Below are positions 9,410 through 18,759 of a DNA stretch of 64,000 bases, piece by piece (the stretch's first letter is position 1; every line of letters begins with the position of its first letter). This DNA is from Candidatus Omnitrophota bacterium (GTDB lineage Bacteria > Omnitrophota > Gorgyraeia > Duberdicusellales > 4484-171): the NCBI GenBank assembly GCA_016935525.1, contig JAFGQU010000002.1:98560-162559 (forward strand). Reading direction: 5' to 3'. Below the pieces are notes generated by a model. It made no database searches. It was not told the DNA's origin and saw only the letters and a list, made by a program, of their open reading frames with translations. Position numbers and translations under genes: made by a program.

Positions 9410-10950
9410 CTGATCGGCATACGCGGGTCGGATACGTTCATCAAATAGAAATAAAGCGGTATCCGTTGGTCATATCTGATATATTCTACCTTTATATTGC
9501 CGCTCATCGCCTCCGGATCTATACGTTCTAAAGAAAGCAATACCGCTTGTTCATGACGGGGAAAACCGGTCAGGACAGTCATCGTCTGCATATCATATAT
9601 TCCGTTACCGATATATTGCACCACACGATGTTCTCCGCCAACTCCGTACAAACTGGTACTTCCCGGTAAATACATCCATATTCGTCTTATTACTTTGTGG
9701 GTAGTCAGACTTCCCGGCACGCATACTGCGGAAATGTTCTGCTGGCGCATATATACTGAAAGCCACCGGCTCGATTCCTTGATCTGATATTCCTGACTAC
9801 GGCTTAACGAATCCCCTTTCCTTTTTACGTCATACTGTAATGCTCTTATCTGAAAAACACACACCAAAACAAGCAGGGCTATTCCCCCTACGAAATATAT
9901 TTTTTTCATCATGAATCGGGGGAAGAGATACCGCTCGAGAACGGCAGAAGATAAAATAGCCATTAAAGGCACCAATGGGATCAGGATTCGCCCCTCTAAA
10001 CAGAAAAGCCCTTGTGATAAAATCCTCAGGGAATGGAAAAAATGGGTAATCTGGAATCCGGCGAGAAAAGCGACCATAATCAAAAAAAATCGCGTCACAA
10101 ACCAGTAGCGCGGATCCCGCCAGTTCATCTTTGCCCCCCAGAAAGCCATAAGAATAACCGGATGTAAAAACAGTATGCCGCCGAGTATAAGGAACCTATC
10201 GAATGGGCCGGTCGCACTCACCGGGAATACCGACGGATACAGATAAAAAAATATCTGGAAAAAATCATACTTTAAAAAATGAATAATAAAAATACTCCAT
10301 AGGATAAAAGGTATACCCATAAAAATCGCATATCGCTTCTTATATTTCCCCCGGAAAAGGCCCAACCAGATCGCGATACACAAAAGGCCTTCTACCTGCC
10401 GAAATAAAGGCAAAAAGGCAACCAGCATGAATGATACGGTATATTTTCTTTTCAATGTCAGAAAAACCGCAAGAAGGATCATAAAGGCGAACATGATCTC
10501 GGAAAACGTAGAAATAGATCCGAGGAAATAGACCGGAAATGTAATCGCCAAAAATACGGCTATTGACGCGGCCCGGCGGGAAAGCGAAAGCATCCGGGCA
10601 ATCCGATAGACGAGAAAAAGGGTCGCACAGGAAAATAAAATATTCATTATCCGCAGTGAAAATATACCAAAAGGCAGGAGAATATGGAATACGCTCCCCA
10701 TAATGGCGTATCCGACCTTTACATAGGGATTGAGAAAAATAAGCCAGTTATAGGGCGCAGCCTTGATATAGCAATAACGGAATATATCATCGACGTTATA
10801 TAAGATATATTGATCGAGCAAAGCCGCGCGGAGAGGCTCACGGATACACCAGGCAAAAATCATGAGAACCCCACCAATCGCAGAAATAAGAAGGAGAGGA
10901 AGCTGTGTGTCTTTTTCCTCGTGGGAAGGGCGCATTGTCTTATTGAACAA
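9406..10950 (-). CDS. GT-C fold (PMT_2/ArnT-like) membrane glycosyltransferase
   Basis: Polytopic; N-terminal DD acidic pair after TM1, SLRIMNILFS, FSEIMF and R..EG. Confidence 0.6.
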   Translation of the reverse strand: MFNKTMRPSHEEKDTQLPLLLISAIGGVLMIFAWCIREPLRAALLDQYILYNVDDIFRYCYIKAAPYNWLIFLNPYVKVGYAIMGSVFHILLPFGIFSLRIMNILFSCATLFLVYRIARMLSLSRRAASIAVFLAITFPVYFLGSISTFSEIMFAFMILLAVFLTLKRKYTVSFMLVAFLPLFRQVEGLLCIAIWLGLFRGKYKKRYAIFMGIPFILWSIFIIHFLKYDFFQIFFYLYPSVFPVSATGPFDRFLILGGILFLHPVILMAFWGAKMNWRDPRYWFVTRFFLIMVAFLAGFQITHFFHSLRILSQGLFCLEGRILIPLVPLMAILSSAVLERYLFPRFMMKKIYFVGGIALLVLVCVFQIRALQYDVKRKGDSLSRSQEYQIKESSRWLSVYMRQQNISAVCVPGSLTTHKVIRRIWMYLPGSTSLYGVGGEHRVVQYIGNGIYDMQTMTVLTGFPRHEQAVLLSLERIDPEAMSGNIKVEYIRYDQRIPLYFYLMNVSDPRMPIR

Positions 10951-11005
10951 TTCTGCCGATTTCTATATGTCGGCGATTATGTGTCAGGGATCCTTGTGAT
11001 CGGTC

Positions 11006-11014
11006 ATTATACCA
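11006..11014 (-). promoter_or_regulatory. Extended -10 promoter (TGGTATAAT) for the 10950-onward minus-strand operon
   Basis: Minus-strand TGnTATAAT ~55 nt upstream of the 10950 start; no good -35. Confidence 0.45.
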
Positions 11015-11147
11015 CTCTTGACAAAGGCTGCCCCGGACCTTCGTGAGTATCCTGAAAAAATCAGAAATCATTATATCCAATAAGCTTTATAAGTACAACT
11101 TTAAAATAGTGCCGCCGAGGTCCCCTCGGTGCCTAAAAAACGGTTTT

Positions 11148-11166
11148 TTGACAATACTCTTGTCAA
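11148..11166. promoter_or_regulatory. Perfect inverted repeat TTGACAA-N5-TTGTCAA, candidate operator in a divergent intergenic region
   Basis: Direct read: ttgacaa tactc ttgtcaa; neither half has a -10 box at 16-18 nt. Confidence 0.4.
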
Positions 11167-11290
11167 GGGCCCGAGACGATGATATCCTCTTTTTGGAGAG
11201 GCGGAATTGTTTTCCGCGTCTCCTGTTCTACACGGAAATTCTCATGTCTATGTATTGCGATATGCCCTTTCTTTCATTCTCTACACATTA

Positions 11291-12358
11291 ATGGATATCA
11301 ATATATACCCAACTATCCTGGCTATCGGCGAAATGAGTATCTTCGCCCTGCTGATTTTTCATTGTTGGTCACTAAGAGGGAAACGTATTACTTTTACCTT
11401 TTTTATCTTTTCTTTTATCTGCATGGCCTGGAAAGTGATCGGGGTCACGCCTAAACGTCCCCCGAATATCCCTCAGATGGCTTCTCATCATTATCAATTA
11501 CTCTTTTTCCCCCAACAGGCATCTCTTTTAGGGGAATTCATTGCCATCGTGGGGTGGATAATCGTATTTTATTTAAGTTGGCGGTTGGCGGAAAAAATCA
11601 TAGAAAACATTCCCTATTACAAAAACCGGATATTCCCGGTATTATTTTTCAGCGGTCTGGCCGCCATAGGATTCTCTTATGCAATTGAAGCAACCGCTAT
11701 TGCGGCCAAATGGTGGGCCTGGAAATATGAATACAAAGAAATCGCGGCCAGCTCGTTTTTGGTGGGGACGGTACCCTTCTATGCGTTAACCGCATGGTTT
11801 GATACTACCGTGCATTTGTTAGCGGCATATTTTCTTATCGAATGCACCCGATTCAGAAAATATTGGTGGAAGTTCATTTTTCTGTTCATCCCCCAATGTA
11901 GTTACCGATTCGAAATCATGGGATTAAGGGTATATGAAGAATTGGTTATGATAACTTTCCTATCCTTTTTCTCATTTTTCAATAAGTTGCCGTTTATGTA
12001 TGGGAACATAGATCTCGTATCGCCTGTAAGACGGGGAAAGAATATCGCCGGTTATCTACTGAAACGTGAACCCCACATGATACTCATTCTCACCGCAAGC
12101 ATTCTGGCGTATGTGCTGTTCATCGATATGTTCGTAATACAACAACCCGTACTGATTATTTCTAAATTGCCGCTGGGGATCATGCTCCTTCTCGCCGGTA
12201 AAAGGATAAAAACTGCTTACTTTCTTGCCCTCGGGATACTGTTTTTAGCTTTTTTTATCAAAAGCCGGCCGCTTCTGATCACTCTCTTCCCGGCGGCTAT
12301 CTTTCTTGTGTTTGAAGGAAAAGCCCGGTTTACTCAATCCCGCGGTACCAGGCAATAA
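11291..12358 (+). CDS. CruF/DUF422-like membrane protein, paralog 2 (start revised to MDINIY at 11291)
   Basis: GWIIVFYLSW, SYAIEATAIAAKWWAW, VPFYALTAWF and YFLIEC.RF. Confidence 0.55.
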   Translation: MDINIYPTILAIGEMSIFALLIFHCWSLRGKRITFTFFIFSFICMAWKVIGVTPKRPPNIPQMASHHYQLLFFPQQASLLGEFIAIVGWIIVFYLSWRLAEKIIENIPYYKNRIFPVLFFSGLAAIGFSYAIEATAIAAKWWAWKYEYKEIAASSFLVGTVPFYALTAWFDTTVHLLAAYFLIECTRFRKYWWKFIFLFIPQCSYRFEIMGLRVYEELVMITFLSFFSFFNKLPFMYGNIDLVSPVRRGKNIAGYLLKREPHMILILTASILAYVLFIDMFVIQQPVLIISKLPLGIMLLLAGKRIKTAYFLALGILFLAFFIKSRPLLITLFPAAIFLVFEGKARFTQSRGTRQ

Positions 12359-13518
12359 AAGCTAATGGTTGTTTCCCTCCCCTGATTTTTTGGAATATCT
12401 TCATGAAAAAAGCTCAACCCCACAGATTTTGGGCGGGGACTTAATAGATAAAAACTGGCAGCGATCATACACAACGCGCCTATGATATATCCCGCTTTGG
12501 GAGGAAACAGATTGAACCGTATTGGTCCGGACCGGTCCCGGGAGAGAGACGACCGGATATATAACCAGTCCAGCGCATATAAGAGAGAAACGAACAGGAC
12601 CACTACCAAGCCGGGAACAGCCGGCTTACCGAAAAATCCGGCCAAAAGGCCGGCCAACGCCAGCGGGATGACAACAGGGATCCTGCCGATAGTCAGAAGG
12701 ATAATAAAAATGAAAGGTAATTTTGAAAAAATCAATTGCGGTTCTCTGACCACGCACAGATCAACCGCCGTAAAAACCATCACGGTACCGACCGCAAGGA
12801 AAGAAGGCGCCATTTTTAAAAAGCTATTGGCAGATTCTTTTGTTCGCGAAGGCCGGTATACTAATTTTAAATGAGAAAAAAAAGCCAAAACTATCACGCC
12901 ATCAAAAACGATGAATCTGATCAAAGCGAATTCCCGGGAAAAATATATCCACATGTAGCTGGCGGGAATAAGAAAAAACAGCGATTTCCACACATTGTCC
13001 TTGAACGAAGAACTTTCGATTAAAAAGAAAGGCAGCATAAAAAAGATATAAAATTCTATCCATCCGATAACCGCGCCGTAATTATATCCGGCCACAAAAA
13101 ACGATGAAAATTCCGAAGAAACCGCCTGCCATACCCACCATCCGGCACTGATACCGGTAGCTTCAAAGGCATAGGATATCGTCCCGGCAATGAATAACGA
13201 AAGGAATAAGGTGCTGAACAATCTCTCTCTAAAAACCCGGGTCCTCCCGAGTATTAATTCGGAAAGATACCAACTCATATAGAAAGTGAATATCCATCCT
13301 AAAATAACCGCACATATGACGAGAACGGTTGAAACCCCTTCGACGGTAAACCGGTAAGGCGCGACCGGAGAAAACGGCAACGTACTTTCTCTACGGAATC
13401 CCCAGAGTAACATAAAAAGGAAAAAGTGGAAGGTGATCCTCGCTCCTTTAGTCGATGAGGAATGGAATATGAGCACTATAACGCTCACGATGGCTGAAAT
13501 CAAAAGGAAATGAAACAT
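12334..13518 (-). CDS. CruF/DUF422-like membrane protein, paralog 3
   Basis: GWIFTFYMSW, SYAFEATGISAGWWVW, FFLIESS.F and P.LIFSKLP (the last shared with paralog 2). Confidence 0.55.
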   Translation of the reverse strand: MFHFLLISAIVSVIVLIFHSSSTKGARITFHFFLFMLLWGFRRESTLPFSPVAPYRFTVEGVSTVLVICAVILGWIFTFYMSWYLSELILGRTRVFRERLFSTLFLSLFIAGTISYAFEATGISAGWWVWQAVSSEFSSFFVAGYNYGAVIGWIEFYIFFMLPFFLIESSSFKDNVWKSLFFLIPASYMWIYFSREFALIRFIVFDGVIVLAFFSHLKLVYRPSRTKESANSFLKMAPSFLAVGTVMVFTAVDLCVVREPQLIFSKLPFIFIILLTIGRIPVVIPLALAGLLAGFFGKPAVPGLVVVLFVSLLYALDWLYIRSSLSRDRSGPIRFNLFPPKAGYIIGALCMIAASFYLLSPRPKSVGLSFFHEDIPKNQGRETTISFYCLVPRD

Positions 13519-13547
13519 AGATATTTTTCTCTCCGTTACCCGGCAGC

Positions 13548-14273
13548 TTATTCGATAATCATATCAATATCCGTGAGATCACTATCTCCTATATGTAACG
13601 GATTGTCCTTATAAGAAACCCGGCGGCAGCGCGGATCGTTCCCGCTGCTTGCTCCCGGGGGCACGGTTACCGCCATCAGACATACGTCGCCTACCCCTTG
13701 GGGAACACTAATAGTATACGGCCCGGGAGCCGAAAGAACAATATTGGCGATATCAGGAGGCAACCGGACCTTATGATACCGTTCGACTTCATATACTCCC
13801 ACCTCCACCCTTCCGCCAGTGAACTGAGCGTCATAGACCTGACCGGATATCGTCACCGTCGGGCCGGAATATCGTTCCATCACCAAACGGTTCGCGCGTA
13901 AAGGGATCGTATAATGAGATATATTTTCCTCACCGATAACGATAGGATCGGAGATAAAATACGCAAATGAATATCGCTTCTGGGGAGTGTCGCCGCGGTT
14001 ACGGGAAAGAAGATATATCGGCCCGGAATTCTTAGGGATCTTCAGTGTATACCGGCCGGGGCGGTTTAAATATACTATGCCTTGAGCGGCAGGATTTCCA
14101 TGTTGCAGTTTCTTCGACCATAACACCTCGATATCGCCCTTTTCGAACTCATCATAGACGACTTCCCCTTCAATGACTATATACGACCGTTGTTGATGCC
14201 AGATCTTAATACAAAGAGCCCCTACCACAATACCGATAATAATACCTGCCAATATTTTCCGGACCATGTTCAC
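13548..14273 (-). CDS. Membrane-anchored exported protein with two tandem ~110-aa beta-sandwich-like repeats
   Basis: N-terminal TM. Repeat 1: VIEGEVVYDEF..GDIEV...PGRYTLKIP...PIVIGEENI. Repeat 2: TISGQVYDAQF.GGRVEV...PGPYTISVP...PLHIGDSDL. Confidence 0.65.
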   Translation of the reverse strand: MNMVRKILAGIIIGIVVGALCIKIWHQQRSYIVIEGEVVYDEFEKGDIEVLWSKKLQHGNPAAQGIVYLNRPGRYTLKIPKNSGPIYLLSRNRGDTPQKRYSFAYFISDPIVIGEENISHYTIPLRANRLVMERYSGPTVTISGQVYDAQFTGGRVEVGVYEVERYHKVRLPPDIANIVLSAPGPYTISVPQGVGDVCLMAVTVPPGASSGNDPRCRRVSYKDNPLHIGDSDLTDIDMIIE

Positions 14274-15808
14274 CGCTCTTTTATTCTACAATAATATGTC
14301 TCAACGCCGGGTATCTTTTTATCCTGAAAAACTATTTCCTGTTCTCTCAACCATTCCCGTAGCTGCGAGGAAAGATAAGGAACTCCTTCCCAATGAGAAC
14401 ATACGACCCACGCGCCGCGGGCTGAGGAAGCGATCCGATGGATATCGGCTATTTCAAAACCATAGGTACCCTGCAACGCGGAAAAAGAACCATCGTCGGG
14501 AAAATCTGCAGGGTCGATAATTAAATAAATATACTGTCGTAACCGCTGAGGGAAATAATACTGAAATGACGGCCAAATATTCTGAGTCGAGAGGACGATG
14601 ATATCGCCTTCCTTGTATCGTGAGACGATCGACCGGGCGATCTGACGCAGCGGCTTCCGGGGAAATACACTGACGGTCCTGCGAAAATTTTTTTCATCGT
14701 AATAATTCCCTAACGTAAGAACCGTCACCGATAGAAAAAGCGCTCCCATCAGTACCGCAAGGTATTTATATTTAAAAAGCCGTTCCCACCCCAGCACGAG
14801 CACGAGATAGTAACACGGCGACAACGCGATCAACGTACGGGTCAAAAGTATCGGTTTTGCTGAATAAGAGAAAATAATTATAAGCGCCAGAGGAGCCCAT
14901 AGGTAGCTCGCGATGAAACTCCTTTGGCTGAAAGAGTCGTCCTGCCCGGTCTTTCCGGAAACAATGGGATAAAATAGTATCGCCCACAGTAATCCTCCCG
15001 CAGTGATCAGCAATAATAACCATCCGTTGATATTGGCAGTATAATATCCGAACAGGAACTGTTCAAATACCTCAATAAGCCTCTGGATTGAGACCGGAGG
15101 GATCCAAAAATCGTTTCGTATACTCCCCAGATGAGCAAAAAACTTAGCCCCCCAGGGAATGAACAATAAGATGAGTATGCCCTGAGCTGACAGCCAGGAC
15201 GGTATTAATTCCTTATATCTCCTCCAATTGAAAAACAAAAATACATTATGGGAAAGAATAATAAGAAAAGCAAAATAATGAGTGTAAAGAGAAAGGGCAG
15301 TAACAAAGACCGTGATTCCCAGTATTCTACCGTCTCGTGTTTTTAAAAATACCTGAAAAAAATATATCGAACCGAGAGACAATAAAAGAAGAAGAGAATA
15401 CATCCGGATCTCCTGGGCATAATGTATCTGAAAAGGAGAAACCGCGATAAAAAATGCACCGAGCAACGCTATTTTTTTAGAAAAGATCAGTTCAGCGAGT
15501 TTATACAGTAACCAGATGCTGATAATACTGAATACTACCGACGGGATTCTCAGAAAGGCGTCACTTGACCCCAGATGTTTCCACCAATACATGAGAAGCC
15601 GATAGAGCGGAGGATGTGTCCCGACGCTAAAGGTGGTAAAAATACTTTTTAATCCCTGTTCAGCCTGTAATAATGTCTGCGCTTCATCGAACCATACCGA
15701 TTTCACATCCAAACGGAAAAAACGCAACATCGCTCCTACTCCCAGCACACAGATAAGGCCGCTATATCCGCGGGATATCTTTGCGATGAGCTGCGAAATT
15801 ATCGGCAT
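14270..15808 (-). CDS. GT-C (PMT_2/GT39-like) glycosyltransferase
   Basis: LRFFRL...SVWFDEA, HPPLY, LRIPSV, SPF..YAQEIRMYSL and LYTHYF. Confidence 0.85.
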   Translation of the reverse strand: MPIISQLIAKISRGYSGLICVLGVGAMLRFFRLDVKSVWFDEAQTLLQAEQGLKSIFTTFSVGTHPPLYRLLMYWWKHLGSSDAFLRIPSVVFSIISIWLLYKLAELIFSKKIALLGAFFIAVSPFQIHYAQEIRMYSLLLLLSLGSIYFFQVFLKTRDGRILGITVFVTALSLYTHYFAFLIILSHNVFLFFNWRRYKELIPSWLSAQGILILLFIPWGAKFFAHLGSIRNDFWIPPVSIQRLIEVFEQFLFGYYTANINGWLLLLITAGGLLWAILFYPIVSGKTGQDDSFSQRSFIASYLWAPLALIIIFSYSAKPILLTRTLIALSPCYYLVLVLGWERLFKYKYLAVLMGALFLSVTVLTLGNYYDEKNFRRTVSVFPRKPLRQIARSIVSRYKEGDIIVLSTQNIWPSFQYYFPQRLRQYIYLIIDPADFPDDGSFSALQGTYGFEIADIHRIASSARGAWVVCSHWEGVPYLSSQLREWLREQEIVFQDKKIPGVETYYCRIKER

Positions 15809-17227
15809 TTAATTCGTCCCTCTTGCGCATTCTTTCAATACACTCAATCCGGCGTGCCAGTAGTGGACGATCTGGCGGATATTCCGGACGCCACCGATGA
15901 TATTCACCATTCGTCGAGGATAAAGATAAAAACTAAGGTTTGCTTTCTTTATACATTCCGTGACCTTTTCTGAGCCGAGTTCAGTTTCGACATAAGGCGG
16001 GTCTCTCCTTATAGTATTACCCCGGATATATTCCCGCCAGTAATCGAACCGGTTTTTGGCCAGATACTGTTCATAAAGCGGGGTCGCCTGGATTATGGTC
16101 AACTTGGAAAATTGGGCGAAATCCAATTGTGATTTTTGCGCAAAACGTAACGTAGATCGGATCGTATGAAGCGTCTCCCCGGGAGCGCCTAACATAAAAA
16201 AACCAAAAGGCACTATTCGGTATTTCTTAGTCATCTCGATTTTCCTATTCATCTGCTCGATCGATATCGACGGCCTGTTGAGGTTTTTCTGTATCATCGG
16301 ATCGGCCGATTCGATCCCGTACATGAGCATCCGGCATCCGCTTTGAGCCATTTCTTTCAGTAATTCTTCATCGACCAGGTGGATACGGGTCCGGGCCATC
16401 CAGCTTAAAGAAAGCCGGTTCCTCCGTATCCTTTGGCATAGATCGATCGTTCTTTGCCGGTCGAGAGTAAATACTGTATCATAAAAATCCACATCCCGGA
16501 CGGAAAATCGATCATAACATTCTTTAAGTTCTTCGATCACATCATCGATATCTCTTATCTGTAAAGGATCGGGCCGGGAACAATATGTACATTCGAACGG
16601 GCATCCTTTCATGGTAACTACGGCGGTAAAATTTTTTCTTTGAGAGAACGAAGAAAAATATCTGCCATTAGGAAGCAGTTCCCTGGCCGGATGAGGCATC
16701 TTAAGAAAACTGTCCTGCTGATCCTCGCGGGGATTCACATAGAGCACATCGTCTTTACGGAAACAAAGGCCGCTCACGCTATTAAGATCTCCGCTATTGC
16801 CTAACACCGTTAAGAATTCCGGTAACGCGGAAAGCCCCGATCCCTGCAACGCGTAATCGATCTCGGGATGAGCCATGACTTCATGAGGATATATACTCAC
16901 CAGCGCGCCGCCGATGATTACCGGCAAAGAGACAATTTCTTTTATCTTTTTGATCCAAGCCCGCACATTATGAAAAGTAGCGGTAGTGACCGTAAATCCG
17001 AGGATATCGGGGTCGCTCTTTCTTATTTCTTTTATGACTTCGGCAAAAGACAGCCTCAATATATTCGCGTCAATAATATGTACCTGGTGTCCGGTCTTTT
17101 TAAGGATTGCCGCAAGATACGCGAGAGTTAACGGCGGATATCCGCGCATGTTTTCTTCATATCCGCCGATCTCAAACAGATTGTGCGCGGAAATAGTACT
17201 GTGCGGATATAGTAAGGAAACTCTCAT
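15809..17227 (-). CDS. Cobalamin-dependent radical SAM enzyme
   Basis: N-terminal B12-binding domain (PPLTLAYLAA, IIGG); KGCPFECTYC; FYDTVFT; YGIES. Confidence 0.9.
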   Translation of the reverse strand: MRVSLLYPHSTISAHNLFEIGGYEENMRGYPPLTLAYLAAILKKTGHQVHIIDANILRLSFAEVIKEIRKSDPDILGFTVTTATFHNVRAWIKKIKEIVSLPVIIGGALVSIYPHEVMAHPEIDYALQGSGLSALPEFLTVLGNSGDLNSVSGLCFRKDDVLYVNPREDQQDSFLKMPHPARELLPNGRYFSSFSQRKNFTAVVTMKGCPFECTYCSRPDPLQIRDIDDVIEELKECYDRFSVRDVDFYDTVFTLDRQRTIDLCQRIRRNRLSLSWMARTRIHLVDEELLKEMAQSGCRMLMYGIESADPMIQKNLNRPSISIEQMNRKIEMTKKYRIVPFGFFMLGAPGETLHTIRSTLRFAQKSQLDFAQFSKLTIIQATPLYEQYLAKNRFDYWREYIRGNTIRRDPPYVETELGSEKVTECIKKANLSFYLYPRRMVNIIGGVRNIRQIVHYWHAGLSVLKECARGTN

Positions 17228-17293
17228 CTGGCAAGGTTACGTTGAGCCGATCTTTCTTGAAAAAAATCTATCATTTTTTGCCCGAAGGCACCG

Positions 17294-18718
17294 TCAGTTC
17301 TTACAAGTGACATGCTTCCATATATCCAAAGCGAAGGAAGCTTTCTGAACCATGCTTTTCAAAGAAAAAGCATCTCCCAGGTGCCGCATGATATAAAGGG
17401 GACGGAAATAAAAAGATTTGTAGGCATATTTTAATAATCCATTCAATTCCTGCTCGCTCAGATCCCCTGTCCAAAAAGGCAATTTAAAACCCGCCGTCGG
17501 GTGCTGGGCATAGGTTTTCCAACAATCTCCATAGATACCCTGTTCTAATCCCCTGGTGTACAACTCTGTTCCCGGAAAAGGAGCGACGATGGCAAACATC
17601 GCGTAATTCGGATCGAGTTCAATCGCGAATCGGATCGTGTTCATAATATCTTCTTTTGTCTCAGTCGGCGCACCGATCAAAAAATATAAAAGCATCTGTA
17701 TACCCGCCTCTTTTGTATCAGCAACAACTCTTCGGGCCTGTTCAACGGTAATCCCTTTTTTAAGCACTTTTAACATCCGGTCGGTACCGGCTTCAATACC
17801 GTACTGGATACGGGTACACCCGGCCGCGTTTAATCGTTCCAGCATTTTCCGATTCATCAGATCTACCCGAGCCCGGATATTCCATTTAAAATCCAATCGG
17901 GCAGCGATAATCCGGTCACATATCTCATATACCCGTTGTTCATCAAAATTAAAGAGATCATCGTAGAAAAATATCTCCTGAATGCCATTGGCCACACATT
18001 CGGAGATTTCACTCACGATATTCTCGGGGCTGCGGCTGCGGATCTTATACCCTTGATGTTGGCGAGAGCAAAAAATACACTGATAAGGACAGCCCCGGGA
18101 AGTAATCATTACCGTATAGGGGACATTTCTCCCCAGCAGGGTACGATAGCTGTACTTATCGACTAAATGCCTGGCCGGAAACGGCAATACATCCAAATTA
18201 TCCAGAAAAGGCCTCAGAGGAGTCTCAACGATCTTCCCCTCGTTCTTGTACAATATCCCTTTCACCGCAGAAAAATCACCGTCATGTTCAATTGTGTCGA
18301 CTAATTCGGCAAGGGTTATTTCGCCATCGCCGCGGACAACGAAATCGACCTCAGCAAACTCGATGGTTTGAAAAGGATAGACTGAACAATGGGGACCGCC
18401 GATACAGACTGTGATTTTCTCGTCTACCGCTTTTACTATTTTCGCAATTGCCAAAACATTTGCTAAATTAAACGTGACGGCATATATTCCTACGATACGC
18501 GGAGAAGTATCGCGAAGGTATTTTTCTATCGAGTCTATTCCTCCCGGTTCCCGCTGGCAATCAATAAGATTGACTTCATGAGAGCCGTAGCGAGCCATAT
18601 AGGAAGCAAGATACAATAATCCTAACGGGGGATATATCGAAAGTGACGCCGCAATGTTTTCCAGTAATCCCCTGCTGGTGACCATATTATTCGCAGGATT
18701 AATAAGGGTTATCTTCAT
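17294..18718 (-). CDS. Cobalamin-dependent radical SAM enzyme
   Basis: PPLGLLYLAS, GGPH, RGDGE, SRGCPYQCIFC, FYDDLF, YGIEAG and PFPGT. Confidence 0.92.
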   Translation of the reverse strand: MKITLINPANNMVTSRGLLENIAASLSIYPPLGLLYLASYMARYGSHEVNLIDCQREPGGIDSIEKYLRDTSPRIVGIYAVTFNLANVLAIAKIVKAVDEKITVCIGGPHCSVYPFQTIEFAEVDFVVRGDGEITLAELVDTIEHDGDFSAVKGILYKNEGKIVETPLRPFLDNLDVLPFPARHLVDKYSYRTLLGRNVPYTVMITSRGCPYQCIFCSRQHQGYKIRSRSPENIVSEISECVANGIQEIFFYDDLFNFDEQRVYEICDRIIAARLDFKWNIRARVDLMNRKMLERLNAAGCTRIQYGIEAGTDRMLKVLKKGITVEQARRVVADTKEAGIQMLLYFLIGAPTETKEDIMNTIRFAIELDPNYAMFAIVAPFPGTELYTRGLEQGIYGDCWKTYAQHPTAGFKLPFWTGDLSEQELNGLLKYAYKSFYFRPLYIMRHLGDAFSLKSMVQKASFALDIWKHVTCKN

Positions 18719-18759
18719 CGCCTTTATTATACCTTAATAACCTTACAATGAATCGATAT

